From positions 42,036 to 106,035 of the forward strand of contig CAYLHF010000008.1 in NCBI GenBank assembly GCA_964383365.1: a stretch of DNA of 64,000 nucleotides, in the 5' to 3' direction. Shown one piece after another: positions 1 through 10,329 of this stretch; position 1 is the stretch's first letter; the number at the start of each line of letters is the position of its first letter. The notes below the pieces were generated by a model. The model saw only the letters and a program-made list of their open reading frames with translations, ran no database searches and was not told where the DNA came from. Source of the DNA: an uncultured Rhodothermales bacterium (lineage in GTDB: Bacteria; Bacteroidota; Rhodothermia; Rhodothermales; UBA10348). Position numbers and translations under genes: made by a program.

Positions 1-1094
1 GCTTCTCCCTGGTCAATCATCGGTTCGAATCGGATATTCAGGCCGTCGTCACATACGCACCCGGTCTGGATGACGCCCTCTCTGGATCGGGCAGGATTCG
101 TGCCAAAGAGTATGCCATTTACGTTCAGGATCTATGGAAACCGACGGACCGGATAACGGCTCTGGGAGGACTCAGGGGTAGTTTTTTTGAATCGGGGTCC
201 TATACCCGCCTCAGCCCGCGACTCAGTATTCAGTACGCCGCAGATCCCAGGTTGCTCGTTCTGCGGAGTGCCATCACGTCGCAGGTTCAATATCTACAGC
301 GAATTCGAGATCGATTCTCATTTCTGTACGACCTGGTCTCCAGTCGATGGATTCCTTCCGACAGCAGTGTCGTACCGTCCCGAGGCGTTCAATTTACCGT
401 GGGCGCAGAATCGAGACCTCGACCCTGGGTTCGGCTGAATGTGGATGCGTATGCCCGAAAGAGCGACCATGTACTCCTGCCCAGAGACCAGTTTCAGACC
501 AAGAACGGGTTACTCGGACCGGGCATAGAAATAAGTACGCTGCTCGGACAGTATGCGAGAGGAGAAGAACGCTCACTGGGAATCGAGCTGGGGGTAGATG
601 TCACGCTTCGATCCTGGAACCTGTTGTTCTCCTATACGGGTAGCCGTTCCGACAGTCGGATATCTTCCGATGGAATTCCCGGGTATCGCCCCACCCGGTT
701 CGATACGCCAAGATCAATCTCTGCTGTCATCCAACATTCCGTTGCGCAGTGGAAGTTTTCGACGTCTGCTACATGGAGGTCCGGTTATCCGGTTACTGTC
801 CCCGAAGCCAGATATTCGCTGAACGACCCGATCACGAATGAACCGACGTACTATTTTTTCCGACCTACTATCAACAACGGTAGACTCCCCCCGTATTTTC
901 GCGTGGATACCAGTCTCGGCTACGTCTTCAGATTCCTTGATGCGGACTGGTCGGCGCAGATTCATGTATACAATATATCCGGAAGGAGAAACGTGGTCGA
1001 TCAGTCGTTCGATCCGTCTACAGAGGGGTTCAAACCCAAAAATCGACTGGGCCTTCCGCTCTTACCACTGTTCGAAATCGAGATGAGACTCTGA
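1..1094 (+). CDS. TonB-dependent outer-membrane receptor, C-terminal beta-barrel part (5' end outside window)
   Basis: Frame 3 is open from the window edge ('FSLVNHRFESDIQAVVTYAPGLDD...AIYVQDLWKPTDRITALGGLR'). The sequence has the alternating beta-strand pattern typical of TBDR barrels. The listed ORF 252..1094 is only the Met-initiated tail. Confidence 0.75.
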   Translation, partial: FSLVNHRFESDIQAVVTYAPGLDDALSGSGRIRAKEYAIYVQDLWKPTDRITALGGLRGSFFESGSYTRLSPRLSIQYAADPRLLVLRSAITSQVQYLQRIRDRFSFLYDLVSSRWIPSDSSVVPSRGVQFTVGAESRPRPWVRLNVDAYARKSDHVLLPRDQFQTKNGLLGPGIEISTLLGQYARGEERSLGIELGVDVTLRSWNLLFSYTGSRSDSRISSDGIPGYRPTRFDTPRSISAVIQHSVAQWKFSTSATWRSGYPVTVPEARYSLNDPITNEPTYYFFRPTINNGRLPPYFRVDTSLGYVFRFLDADWSAQIHVYNISGRRNVVDQSFDPSTEGFKPKNRLGLPLLPLFEIEMRL

Positions 1095-1999
1095 TGAGAC
1101 GAGCCGAATCATTGTTGCTGGTTCTCCTGTTTGTAGCCGTCGGTTGCGATACGGTTCAACCATCAGGAGAGGGAACGCTGGTGGTCGAATCATTCATCAA
1201 TTCAGATGAAGCGCCTCCGCGAATCCGGATACAGCGCACCGTGTCGGTGGATACACCGCTCCGGGGGTCCATGAACGGCGTGGATAACGCTGTGGTGACA
1301 CTGAACGTCGCCTCGGTTCGCCTCGATTATGTGCCAATTCCGGATAGCAGCGGGTACTATCGAGCGCTCCGACCGGAACTCCTTCCGAAGATTCCGGCAC
1401 GCTCGGAATTCGTCCTTCGAGTTCAGACTCCGGTGGACCAGGCGATCGTGACCGGGCGTGTCCCACCGGTCATCCATCTGAGAAACGTGTCCTTTGAAAT
1501 CCCTGATTTAGCTGTTGAGGCCGTTCTTGTAGACACCCTTGATCTTGGACTCGATTCCCTGAATCTGGGGCTCGATGCTCAACTCGGGTTCATTTATCCG
1601 GTCAAAGTATCACTGGATTGGGATAGCCCTGATGGAGATGTCCCGGGCGACGAATCCTTCTGGGTAGAGACCCGGTTACTTCCGGTCAACCGATTTTCGT
1701 CTTCCATTATCGATTTTTTCCTCCTTCCGGACCAGATTCTCCCCGAAAACTCTATCCGCTCCGATGTACTGGGTGTCAGGAGATGGACCGGAGTCTACGC
1801 CGTGCCGGTAGATGCTATCAACTCACCATTCCCGGAACACGACTTGAAAGTATCGGTCCTCCGTGGGAATGACGTGTTTGCCCGTTTTGCCACCAGTCGG
1901 CGTGATCCTCAAAACCGGGAGCCGGTCTCCAATGTATCAGGGGGAATCGGATTTGTAGGTGGAGTCTCCATAGACTCGCTCCGGCTTTTGGTTCAATGA
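1094..1999 (+). CDS. DUF4249-like lipoprotein (typical partner of Bacteroidota TonB-dependent receptors)
   Basis: Lipoprotein signal 'LLLVLLFVAVGCDT'. C-terminal 'GGIGFVGGVS' motif. Start overlaps the receptor stop by 1 nt. Confidence 0.55.
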   Translation: MRRAESLLLVLLFVAVGCDTVQPSGEGTLVVESFINSDEAPPRIRIQRTVSVDTPLRGSMNGVDNAVVTLNVASVRLDYVPIPDSSGYYRALRPELLPKIPARSEFVLRVQTPVDQAIVTGRVPPVIHLRNVSFEIPDLAVEAVLVDTLDLGLDSLNLGLDAQLGFIYPVKVSLDWDSPDGDVPGDESFWVETRLLPVNRFSSSIIDFFLLPDQILPENSIRSDVLGVRRWTGVYAVPVDAINSPFPEHDLKVSVLRGNDVFARFATSRRDPQNREPVSNVSGGIGFVGGVSIDSLRLLVQ

Positions 2000-2715
2000 A
2001 ATATCCGAGTACAATCGTGTCCAATCCGGATCGTGGAATGAGTCGACATCAATCGGAGGAAACCCCCTCTCCCGGAACGATCACAGGCATTGTCCAGCAG
2101 AAGAAGGACCATGACCGGTGTTCGATTCACATAGACGATACGTTCGCTTTTGGTATCCACTCCGAACTGCTGCTGAAGGAAGGACTCCATCGTGGTATGA
2201 GTCTGGATACAGAGACCATTGAGCGGCTCTTGATGGAAGATGCGTATTGGCGGGCGTGGAAAAGGATCACTCATTATATCTCCTATCGCCCCCGGGCCGA
2301 ACTGGAGATTCGACGGCGCCTCGAGCGAGATCGAGTCGAAGAGTCAGTTATTGAACGCGTGCTCGTCCGTCTGACGGAACTCGGTTTGATCGATGATCGG
2401 AGTCTGGCGATAGAATTTACACGCTCGCGTATCAGGTCCAAGGGGTACGGACCCTTCAGAATCCGAAGAGACCTTATGCGAATGGGTATCCACCGGACGT
2501 TATGTGACGAAACGATCGCCGAGATCGTTACTCCCGGGGAACTCGACGCACTGGCTGAACGGGCCGGGGAGAAACTCTGGAAAAGATACTCGAAAGAATC
2601 GGACACGCTGCGCCGGCGTCAGAAATGGTCAGCGGCGATGCTCCGGAGAGGATTCTCCAGTGCCGATGCCAGTAGAGTATGGGATAAAGTGGAGCGAGAA
2701 CACGAGAATAGTTAG
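1996..2715 (+). CDS. recX: Regulatory protein RecX
   Basis: Repeated three-helix RecX pattern 'YISYRPRAELEIRRRLERDRVEESVIERVLVRLTELGLIDDRSLAIEFTRSRIRSKGYGPFRIRRDLMRMGI'. ATGA overlap with the upstream gene. An alternative start at Met 2038 is possible. Confidence 0.8.
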   Translation: MKYPSTIVSNPDRGMSRHQSEETPSPGTITGIVQQKKDHDRCSIHIDDTFAFGIHSELLLKEGLHRGMSLDTETIERLLMEDAYWRAWKRITHYISYRPRAELEIRRRLERDRVEESVIERVLVRLTELGLIDDRSLAIEFTRSRIRSKGYGPFRIRRDLMRMGIHRTLCDETIAEIVTPGELDALAERAGEKLWKRYSKESDTLRRRQKWSAAMLRRGFSSADASRVWDKVEREHENS

Positions 2716-2724
2716 ATTGCCTGT

Positions 2725-5424
2725 ATGACTCTGGGAGAATATCGCGTTCGATTTAAGCCGACCGTACTGGACTACGTAGTAACAGCGCTTGCCGTCGTTT
2801 CTATCGGTCTGTATGTCCTGTTCCTCCCGACGAATCACCCGGTCTCCGGTGCCAGATTTGCTTTGACGGAATCCGAGGTCATCGAGAAAGCCAACATTTT
2901 TCTGGCCACTCAGGGATATTCGACAGAAGACCTGATCGTCGATGCAGAATTGACCAGACAGGCGACGCTTCTTGCTGACCTTCAAAACGATCTCGGACGA
3001 AGGAACGCCTTTGAAATAATCCGGTCCGACGACGGCGACTTCCTTCCGGTCTACTACTGGAGGATTCGTTATGACATACTCGATCCGGATTCTTCAGACG
3101 ATGATCTTTTGCCGTCATCCTCCACGGTTTTCACGGTGCACATGAACCAGGACGGGGTCGTCTGGTCATTCCTGAATACCACATCACGCATCGGACCGTC
3201 GGCAGGTCTCCTGGGTTCAGCCCGGAATTCGGTCAATCGGATTGCCCTCGCGAACGCCATACGCCCTGCAGACTCTACGCTGCGACAGACCCTCGATGCC
3301 CTCAGAACGGTGCCTGACTCGCTCTTGCTGGCGAACCTGCGATTCGATCGTAGTTCGTCTGCCACCCCGAGTACTGAGGCGAACCAGACTGGTGACGATT
3401 CAGTGCGAGAAGGAGACAACTCGGTTTTTCTTCAGATGATTTTGGGACGCTACGTTCGCCTGAAAGAAGATGTACTCGAGTCCCTCGCCCAATATCATGC
3501 TCCTGACCTGCTCCCGGATAGTGCCCGGTGGAGGGTCGATTCGGTTCAGGTCCTTCCCGCACGAAACGACCAGCTTGCCAGAGTCAGATTAACCTCTACC
3601 TCAACCATTCATCTGCAAGAGGTGAGAGCAGACGTAACGGTATCCGCCGTGGGCAGCGTTCAGAGCCTGGCCGTCTCCTACAATCCTGATCGAGTGCGGT
3701 CGACCGATGTAGAACAGCTCATCGGAATAATTCTTGTGACGATCTACATCATTTTGGGGCTGGTTCTGGTCATTGTTTTCTTTCGCCGGGTCATGGCAAG
3801 ACTGGTGGATATCAAGAGTGCGCTTCTCGACGGGATCATCATCGGATCGCTCTTTGCCATGTTTATCGTTTTGTCCAGGCAGAATTTCGACTTTGGGCAT
3901 GCCCCGGTGTGGGTCTCCGTCGGACTGCGTCTCCTTGTTTTTTCAGGGGTTGCGGGTGCCATGACTCTCCTTACGTTTATGTTCTCAGCCGTCTCGGAAT
4001 CACTTTCTCGGGACGTGTGGCCCAAAAAGTCGCTCACTCTTTCGCTGCTCAGACGGGGTGAATTGAGAAACACCGTCGTGGGCAGCAGTCTTCTCAGAGG
4101 GGTGGCACTGGCGGCCATTCTTCTTGGTCTGTCGATGCTGTTCCTGATTCTATTCCAGGATGTCTCACTCCGAACGGAAGCCAACCTCTTGACAGGCAGT
4201 TCGAGAAGGCCGCTGGTGTACGCAGCCGCCGGAAGCGCCAGCAGGGTCTATCTGATCCTGTTAATCATTCTCCTCGGTCTGGGCACCTTCATTCGACGTC
4301 TGGGTGGACATTCATTACTCGTCGTCCTCGTCATCACGCTGTTTGGTGGTCTCCTCCAGTTGGCTCCAATAGGTGTCGAGCTCGGATGGTATTCGTTCGG
4401 ACTGTCCGCTGCAAGCGCACTGGTAATCAGTCTATTCTTCGTCAGATATGACTTTTTGACTGCGTATACGGGATTGGCTGTCGCCCAGTTCGTGTGGGCG
4501 TTATCCGAGGGCTTCCTGGTCTCCGGGTCTCCTGCCTGGATCGATTCCTATCTCGGGGGCGCGGGCGTGATGGGGGTCATCGGCATCGGCCTCGTAGGGA
4601 CTTTCAGTAAGAGAAGCGGTCGCGACCTGAGAGAATTCGTACCCGAATATATTGTCGAGATGACGGGTCAGGAACGAATAAAGCGCGAGCTTGAGATCGC
4701 CCATCAGGTCCAGGCTTCGTTTCTTCCCCGGACCATGCCAGATATAGTCGGTCTGGATCTGGCCGGAATGTGTCTCCCTGCGAATGAAGTAGGAGGAGAT
4801 TATTTTGATTTTATTGAATTATCAGACCGGCGCCTCGCGTTCGTTGTCGGAGATGTCAGCGGGAAAGGGACCCAGGCTGCATTCTACATGACCCTCGTGA
4901 AAGGCATGATTCAGACACTTTCCGGTCTCGATTATTCGCCAGATGAAGTGATGTGCCGACTGAACGGTCTTTTCCGGAAAAATGCTCCCGCAGGAACGTT
5001 CATCTCACTCATTTATGGCGTCGTTGACGTCCCGTCTGGAGTATTCACCTTCGCGAGAGCCGGACATAATCCGGCTATTCTGAAGCGGAAAGGGGAATCT
5101 TCAGCTTCGGCCCTTCAGCCGCGTGGAATGGCCATCGGATTTGCTGATGCCAACGTATTCGATCACAATATTGAACAACTATCGGTCTCTCTTAAAGCGG
5201 GTGACGTACTGGTTTTTTATACCGACGGCTTTTCCGAAGCCATGAATTCAGCCCGGGAATTGTACAGCGACGAACGGCTCGTTGACAAGCTGTCACACGT
5301 TGGAGACCGATCTGCCGGTGGCATCCTCAGATCTATGACCGAAGCGGTACATCATTTTATCGAAGGTGCCGGTCGAAGCGATGACATGACCATGGTCGTC
5401 TTGAAAATGGCGGCGGATGCATGA
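2725..5424 (+). CDS. Polytopic membrane protein with C-terminal PP2C/SpoIIE-type serine phosphatase domain
   Basis: About 10 hydrophobic helices in the middle of the protein. C-terminal motifs 'EVGGDYFDF', 'FVVGDVSGKG', 'ARAGHNPAIL', 'FYTDGFSEAMN' and 'DDMTMVVLKM' match RsbU/SpoIIE phosphatases. Confidence 0.85.
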   Translation: MTLGEYRVRFKPTVLDYVVTALAVVSIGLYVLFLPTNHPVSGARFALTESEVIEKANIFLATQGYSTEDLIVDAELTRQATLLADLQNDLGRRNAFEIIRSDDGDFLPVYYWRIRYDILDPDSSDDDLLPSSSTVFTVHMNQDGVVWSFLNTTSRIGPSAGLLGSARNSVNRIALANAIRPADSTLRQTLDALRTVPDSLLLANLRFDRSSSATPSTEANQTGDDSVREGDNSVFLQMILGRYVRLKEDVLESLAQYHAPDLLPDSARWRVDSVQVLPARNDQLARVRLTSTSTIHLQEVRADVTVSAVGSVQSLAVSYNPDRVRSTDVEQLIGIILVTIYIILGLVLVIVFFRRVMARLVDIKSALLDGIIIGSLFAMFIVLSRQNFDFGHAPVWVSVGLRLLVFSGVAGAMTLLTFMFSAVSESLSRDVWPKKSLTLSLLRRGELRNTVVGSSLLRGVALAAILLGLSMLFLILFQDVSLRTEANLLTGSSRRPLVYAAAGSASRVYLILLIILLGLGTFIRRLGGHSLLVVLVITLFGGLLQLAPIGVELGWYSFGLSAASALVISLFFVRYDFLTAYTGLAVAQFVWALSEGFLVSGSPAWIDSYLGGAGVMGVIGIGLVGTFSKRSGRDLREFVPEYIVEMTGQERIKRELEIAHQVQASFLPRTMPDIVGLDLAGMCLPANEVGGDYFDFIELSDRRLAFVVGDVSGKGTQAAFYMTLVKGMIQTLSGLDYSPDEVMCRLNGLFRKNAPAGTFISLIYGVVDVPSGVFTFARAGHNPAILKRKGESSASALQPRGMAIGFADANVFDHNIEQLSVSLKAGDVLVFYTDGFSEAMNSARELYSDERLVDKLSHVGDRSAGGILRSMTEAVHHFIEGAGRSDDMTMVVLKMAADA

Positions 5425-6296
5425 CCGTCGATAATCCATCCATTCAGGCTGCTACTCAATTCGTTCGGGCCAGATGCCAGGCGGTACCGGATATCGCGCT
5501 CATTCTGGGGTCCGGTCTCGGGGCGGTGGCAGATTCCGTCGAAGATGCGGCCTCTTTCGACACATCGGACGTACCCGGATTTCCTTCGGGCACCGTGGTC
5601 GGTCATCGTGGACGATTGGTACTCGGCTCACTCGGGGACCGAACCGTTCTGGTCGTTCAGGGGAGACTCCATATGTACGAAGGGCACCCGCTCTCGTCCG
5701 TTCTATTCCCGATGACGCTGGCCCGATCCCTCGGAGCGCAGTCGGTGTTCGTAACCAATGCGGCCGGTGGGATCAACCGCTCGTTTAAACCAGGTACACT
5801 GATGTGGATCCGGGATCACATAAACTGGACAGGAACGTCCTGTTGGTCTGTGACACCTGATCGCACCAAGAATCGAGACCAGGTGGCCACTCGTCAGATG
5901 CGTTCGTCGGACCCTGATCTGTTCTCGAGAACCAGACGAAAAGGAAGCCCCTACGACGATGCGTGGACGAATCGCGCATCGGCCATCTGTATCGAAAAAG
6001 GCGTTGACACCCGGAACGGGACGTATCTCTGGACACGCGGTCCGAGCTACGAGACACAGGCGGAAATCAGGTCGTTCTCACGACTCGGGGCAGATGCTGT
6101 GGGAATGAGCACGGTTCCCGAAGTAATTCACGCCTCTCAACTGGGGATGGCGGTGGTCGGGTTGTCTACAATCACGAACTATGCGGCTGGCCTGAGTGAC
6201 GAATTGCTGGATCATACGGAAGTTCTTGAGATCGGACGCAACGTCCGCTTCAGTCTCGAAACCGTGGTCCGTGCGGTGATCGCGACAGCACCGTAA
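5421..6296 (+). CDS. Purine nucleoside phosphorylase (PNP family I, inosine/guanosine type)
   Basis: Motifs 'ILGSGLG', 'GRLHMYEGH', 'VTNAAGGIN', 'GPSYETQAEIR' and 'GADAVGMSTVPEV'. ATGA overlap with the upstream phosphatase gene. Confidence 0.85.
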   Translation: MTVDNPSIQAATQFVRARCQAVPDIALILGSGLGAVADSVEDAASFDTSDVPGFPSGTVVGHRGRLVLGSLGDRTVLVVQGRLHMYEGHPLSSVLFPMTLARSLGAQSVFVTNAAGGINRSFKPGTLMWIRDHINWTGTSCWSVTPDRTKNRDQVATRQMRSSDPDLFSRTRRKGSPYDDAWTNRASAICIEKGVDTRNGTYLWTRGPSYETQAEIRSFSRLGADAVGMSTVPEVIHASQLGMAVVGLSTITNYAAGLSDELLDHTEVLEIGRNVRFSLETVVRAVIATAP

Positions 6297-6454
6297 AGCC
6301 GCCGGCACCGCATCCGGTATGTCCGTCGGTATGTACAACCCGGGCGCCAGGTCCGCCACCACCTTTGTATTTCCCGCTATTGTTCGCATATTGCCCATGA
6401 TGGTGTCTACAGCACCTCGTTCCATGAGGAATCCGGAAGACGCGAGGGATAGCA

Positions 6455-6850
6455 ATGAGTCAGGATCAGGATAGCGAACAAGCCGTTCCCAACGGAAATG
6501 ACAACAAGGACATGGAGAACCGTCCGAGCGGACGCGGCCGCTATCGGGACGAAGTTTTTTCACGGCGCGTTCCAGCAGGAAAAAGGACGTACTTCTTCGA
6601 TATCAAGACGACCAGGTCAGGTGAGGACTTTTTCCTGACGATTACGGAGAGCAAACGAGTCGACGAGTCCCGGTATGAAAAACACAAAATCTTTCTTTAT
6701 AAGGAGGATTTTGGAAAGTTTGTATCCGCCTTTCATGAGGCTATCCGTTTTGTTCGTGACGATTGCTTACCCGATTACGAATTCAGGGATCTGCCGAATC
6801 TCTCCGAGAGCACAGACGTTCCCGAGTCATCGTTAGTGGTTGATCCGTGA
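6455..6850 (+). CDS. PUR-alpha-like DNA/RNA-binding protein (DUF3276 family)
   Basis: 'GKRTYFFDIKTTRSGEDFFLTITESKR...YEKHKIFLYKEDFGKF' is the signature of the Bacteroidota PUR/DUF3276 family. Confidence 0.75.
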   Translation: MSQDQDSEQAVPNGNDNKDMENRPSGRGRYRDEVFSRRVPAGKRTYFFDIKTTRSGEDFFLTITESKRVDESRYEKHKIFLYKEDFGKFVSAFHEAIRFVRDDCLPDYEFRDLPNLSESTDVPESSLVVDP

Positions 6851-6888
6851 ACAGCTCCGGGTGATTTCCGGGGAATAGCTCCAGCTAC

Positions 6889-7983
6889 ATGTCCAAAAAA
6901 ACCTTGGAATCGGTCGAACAATTCGTGAGACCTGAGATCCGTTCGGAGGCCCCTTATCTCGTCAAGGGGGCCACGGATGTCGCCGTAAAATTGAACCAGA
7001 ATGAATCTCCGTTTGATCTGCCGGGAAAAATCAAACGGGAATTATTGGAATCTTTCTTTCAGATTCCATTCAATCGATATCCGAGAGAACAGCCTTTTTC
7101 CCTCGTATCCGAGCTGGCACATATCCTGAATCATCCCGCCGACGGAATTCTCGTCGGAAACGGATCGAATGAACTAACCCATTCACTGGGACTTTCTTTC
7201 ATTTCGAAAGGATCGAGTGTCGTACTCCCTCGACCCATGTTCGCCCTCTACGCATCAGTCTCGAGGATGTACGGGGGACGTACCGTGGAAGTACCCCCGC
7301 TCGACGATCTCCACTTCGATGCACCCGCCATTGTCCGCGCTGTTCGCGACAACCGTCCCGTACTTACGATTCTGACCTCTCCGAATAATCCCACCGGAAA
7401 GTCGATGAAATTCGAAGATATCAGTCGGATTTGCCAGGCCAGCGACGGTATCGTGGTCGTCGACGAAGCCTACCATGAATTCAATTCAAGACCGAGTGCA
7501 ACCACTCTATTCGGTGAATATCCGCATCTTATCGTGATGCGAACGCTCTCGAAGGCATTCGGTCTGGCTGGAATACGCATCGGGTATATGCTTGGAAATA
7601 CGACCCTGATCCAGGAAATTTTCAAGTCCAGACTTCCATTCATGGTCGACCGATTCTCGGAAATGACCGCTCTGACCATGCTAAGAAATCCGGATCTGAT
7701 TGCAGAACGCGTCTCGACCATTCGCGACAGTGTCACGGATCTTTACCATTGTCTCCGGGATATCGTCGGGGTGGACGTTCTGGAATCCGATACCAATTTT
7801 CTTCTTTTCCGAACGAAGATCGAACCAGACGTTCTCTCCAGGAAACTGATCGATGAACAGATTCTGGTGCGAAATATGTCTGGATATCCAGATCTGCACG
7901 GATACTTGAGGGTCACAGCGGGAACGGAATCTGAGAACAACGCATTCGTCAGGGCGTTAAAATATGTTCTCGGCGGTAAGTAA
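6889..7983 (+). CDS. hisC: Histidinol-phosphate aminotransferase
   Basis: 'KLNQNESPFDLP' and 'NRYP' motifs. PLP-lysine motif 'RTLSKAFGLAGIRIGY'. Length 364 aa. Confidence 0.85.
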   Translation: MSKKTLESVEQFVRPEIRSEAPYLVKGATDVAVKLNQNESPFDLPGKIKRELLESFFQIPFNRYPREQPFSLVSELAHILNHPADGILVGNGSNELTHSLGLSFISKGSSVVLPRPMFALYASVSRMYGGRTVEVPPLDDLHFDAPAIVRAVRDNRPVLTILTSPNNPTGKSMKFEDISRICQASDGIVVVDEAYHEFNSRPSATTLFGEYPHLIVMRTLSKAFGLAGIRIGYMLGNTTLIQEIFKSRLPFMVDRFSEMTALTMLRNPDLIAERVSTIRDSVTDLYHCLRDIVGVDVLESDTNFLLFRTKIEPDVLSRKLIDEQILVRNMSGYPDLHGYLRVTAGTESENNAFVRALKYVLGGK

Positions 7984-8038
7984 TCGGAAACGGTCCCAGC
8001 GCACGAAATTTCCACGGCTGTGGAGTAAACGCTTCGGT

Positions 8039-8632
8039 ATGGAATACATTCAAGTCGACATTATTGGACTTTCTACCAGTCCGTCAAGTGGCGGTGCTTA
8101 TGCACTCGTTCTGGGCGAAGTCGACGGAAACAGGAGATTACCCATTATCATCGGCGCGTTCGAGGCTCAAGCCATCGCTCTTGAGTTAGAAAAAATACAG
8201 CCTCCGCGACCAATGACGCACGATCTTATTCGTGATCTCTTCGACGCAGTCGGAGGTGAAGTCATGGACGTCGTGATCGATGAGTTGAAAGAAGGTACCT
8301 TCTTCGCTAAAATCAGGTACACGCTCAACGGCTCGGAAGACCGGCTTGATGCACGACCGAGCGATGCTGTTGCTCTTGCCGTCCGTACAGGATCGCCTGT
8401 TTTTGTGTCTGCCCCGGTCCTGGAGGAAGCCGGTATACCAACCGACGATGACGCAGATCTCTCCGAAGTAGTCTCCGGCGATACACCTCCTGCTGTCGAG
8501 GAAGAGGCCGAGCCCAAGTCCGATATGGATCGACTCCAAGAGCAACTGGACCAGGCAATAAACGATGAAGATTATGAGGCCGCTGCCAGACTTCGGGATG
8601 AAATTAATAAAATGAAAGGGCAGCAGAACTGA
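8039..8632 (+). CDS. Bifunctional nuclease (DUF151) domain protein with C-terminal UVR motif
   Basis: 'RRLPIIIGAFEAQAIALELEKIQPPRPMTHDLIRDLF' and 'DARPSDAVALAVRTGSPVFV', plus a UvrB/C-like 'INDEDYEAAARLRDEINKM'. I chose Met 8039 (MEYIQVD) because the 7964 start overlaps hisC. Confidence 0.8.
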   Translation: MEYIQVDIIGLSTSPSSGGAYALVLGEVDGNRRLPIIIGAFEAQAIALELEKIQPPRPMTHDLIRDLFDAVGGEVMDVVIDELKEGTFFAKIRYTLNGSEDRLDARPSDAVALAVRTGSPVFVSAPVLEEAGIPTDDDADLSEVVSGDTPPAVEEEAEPKSDMDRLQEQLDQAINDEDYEAAARLRDEINKMKGQQN

Positions 8633-8692
8633 CGAATTCAACCCGTTCGCAGTAGTCTGCTCCCACGGTATAATCCTTCTCTCGGAACTCAA

Positions 8693-10324
8693 ATGGAGAA
8701 CAAGAGCGCGTCCCGGCACGCTTTTTCAGATTTTTCTTCCTTTTCCCGCTTATTCTCGTCGTATACGCAGGACTTCGAATCGCTTGCCACGTATTTCGCG
8801 GGAGATTTCAGAGATCCGCGACAACGCGGGCAGATCGCCAGGCAAGTAGCGGAGCATTTTTCCGGGCGTAAAGAGTTGGTCGCTATTCTGCACGAACAGA
8901 ATACCCGATTCGGAACCGGAGATGCCACCCGTACCAATATCGATCGGCTGGGGAGCGACGATGCTGTCGCCATTGTAACGGGTCAACAACTCGGTCTCTT
9001 CGGCGGGCCGTTGTATACGATTCTCAAGACCATCACGACGATTCAGCTCGCCCGGAGACTGGAAAAGGACACGGGACGGTCGGTGGTACCGGTATTCTGG
9101 TTAGAGGGAGAGGATCATGATTTTGAGGAAGTTTCGACCGCATGGGTCTTCTCAGGCCAGCGGGTTGGTTCCGTCGCTTATACCGACGGCGACCATAGAG
9201 ACTCGAAAAATCCAGTTGGCCGTATCCTCTTCGATGACCGCATTCAGGCCACGATTAACCAACTTACGGACCTTCTCCCGCCGACTGATTTCCGGCCGGA
9301 GCTGTTGCGTTTACTGGAGTCGTGCTACCGCCCGGGTACGTCTTTTCTCGACAGTTTTGCCCGTCTGATGTGCACCTTGTTTTCGGACCAGGGGCTGGTT
9401 TTCATCTCAGGCGACGACCCGAGATTCAAGCAAAAAGCGAGCGGTCTTTTCAGGAAGGAAATTCTAGAATTCAAAAAACCGGAAGCCCTCCTGAACGAGA
9501 CGTCCCGGAAACTGAAAGAGGGCTTCCATGCCCAGGTTGCTTCTACTCCTCCCAATCTGTTTCTCCTGACGGACGAAGGACGATTTGCGGTCGTTGCGAC
9601 CAGATCCGGATTCGAATTAAAGGGAACCGGGCAGTCCTATTCCAGCGACGAGCTGATCGCTCTTCTTGACGCCGAACCGGAGCGATTCAGTCCGAACGTG
9701 GTTCTCCGACCACTGTATCAGGATACGCTCCTCCCGACAGCAGCGTATGTCGGAGGTCCCGGGGAAATTTCGTATTTCGCCCAATTCAGACAGATCTACG
9801 AGTGGGCCGGTATTCCCATGCCGATAATCTATCCGCGGGCAAGTGTGACCCTGGTCGAGAAGAAAATTGCGAAGGTATTGACTCAAATTGAAGCTCCACT
9901 ACCTTCGTTCTCGAAACCGGTAGATGCGCTGTTCCATGAACTGGTTGTCGAGGGGATGAAATTCGACCCGGACGCTCTCTTCGACGGAGCGTCCAGACAT
10001 ATCGGGCTGGCTATCGATGAGGTGCTACCGACTGTTGAGGAAATCGATCGGTCGCTAAAGAAGTCTGCGGAATCTACCAGGGCGTTGTTGCTCAAAGAAT
10101 GGGGCCGCCTGAAAGATCGAGTCATCAAGGCTGAAAAGAGGCGAAGTGAGCAGATGAAAGGCCAGCTTGAAAAGGTCGCAATAAACGTTTTTCCGAACGG
10201 AACGCTACAGGAACGGGTTATATCACCGTTGTACTTCCTGAACAAGTATGGTCCGGGGCTGATCTCGACGTTGCTGGATAACATCGACCTGGATACATCA
10301 CGACATCAGGAAATTCATCTCTGA
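8693..10324 (+). CDS. bshC: Bacillithiol biosynthesis cysteine-adding enzyme BshC
   Basis: 'IVTGQQLGLFGGPLYTILKTITTIQLARRLE', 'PVFWLEGEDHDFEEV' and 'SPNVVLRPLYQDTLLPTAAYVGGPGEISYFAQ'. Confidence 0.85.
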   Translation: MENKSASRHAFSDFSSFSRLFSSYTQDFESLATYFAGDFRDPRQRGQIARQVAEHFSGRKELVAILHEQNTRFGTGDATRTNIDRLGSDDAVAIVTGQQLGLFGGPLYTILKTITTIQLARRLEKDTGRSVVPVFWLEGEDHDFEEVSTAWVFSGQRVGSVAYTDGDHRDSKNPVGRILFDDRIQATINQLTDLLPPTDFRPELLRLLESCYRPGTSFLDSFARLMCTLFSDQGLVFISGDDPRFKQKASGLFRKEILEFKKPEALLNETSRKLKEGFHAQVASTPPNLFLLTDEGRFAVVATRSGFELKGTGQSYSSDELIALLDAEPERFSPNVVLRPLYQDTLLPTAAYVGGPGEISYFAQFRQIYEWAGIPMPIIYPRASVTLVEKKIAKVLTQIEAPLPSFSKPVDALFHELVVEGMKFDPDALFDGASRHIGLAIDEVLPTVEEIDRSLKKSAESTRALLLKEWGRLKDRVIKAEKRRSEQMKGQLEKVAINVFPNGTLQERVISPLYFLNKYGPGLISTLLDNIDLDTSRHQEIHL

Positions 10325-10329
10325 AAGAC

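Noticed and set aside
5815-5960. Possibility that the PNP gene is a frameshifted pseudogene.
   Set aside because: Both alternative frames hit stop codons within this stretch, and the annotated frame stays open with conserved motifs on both sides. I therefore kept it as an intact CDS with an unusual loop.
7964-8038. Upstream start for the bifunctional-nuclease gene, overlapping hisC by 20 nt.
   Set aside because: The extension is highly basic and unlike the family N-terminus. 'MEYIQVDIIGL' at 8039 matches how DUF151 proteins begin.
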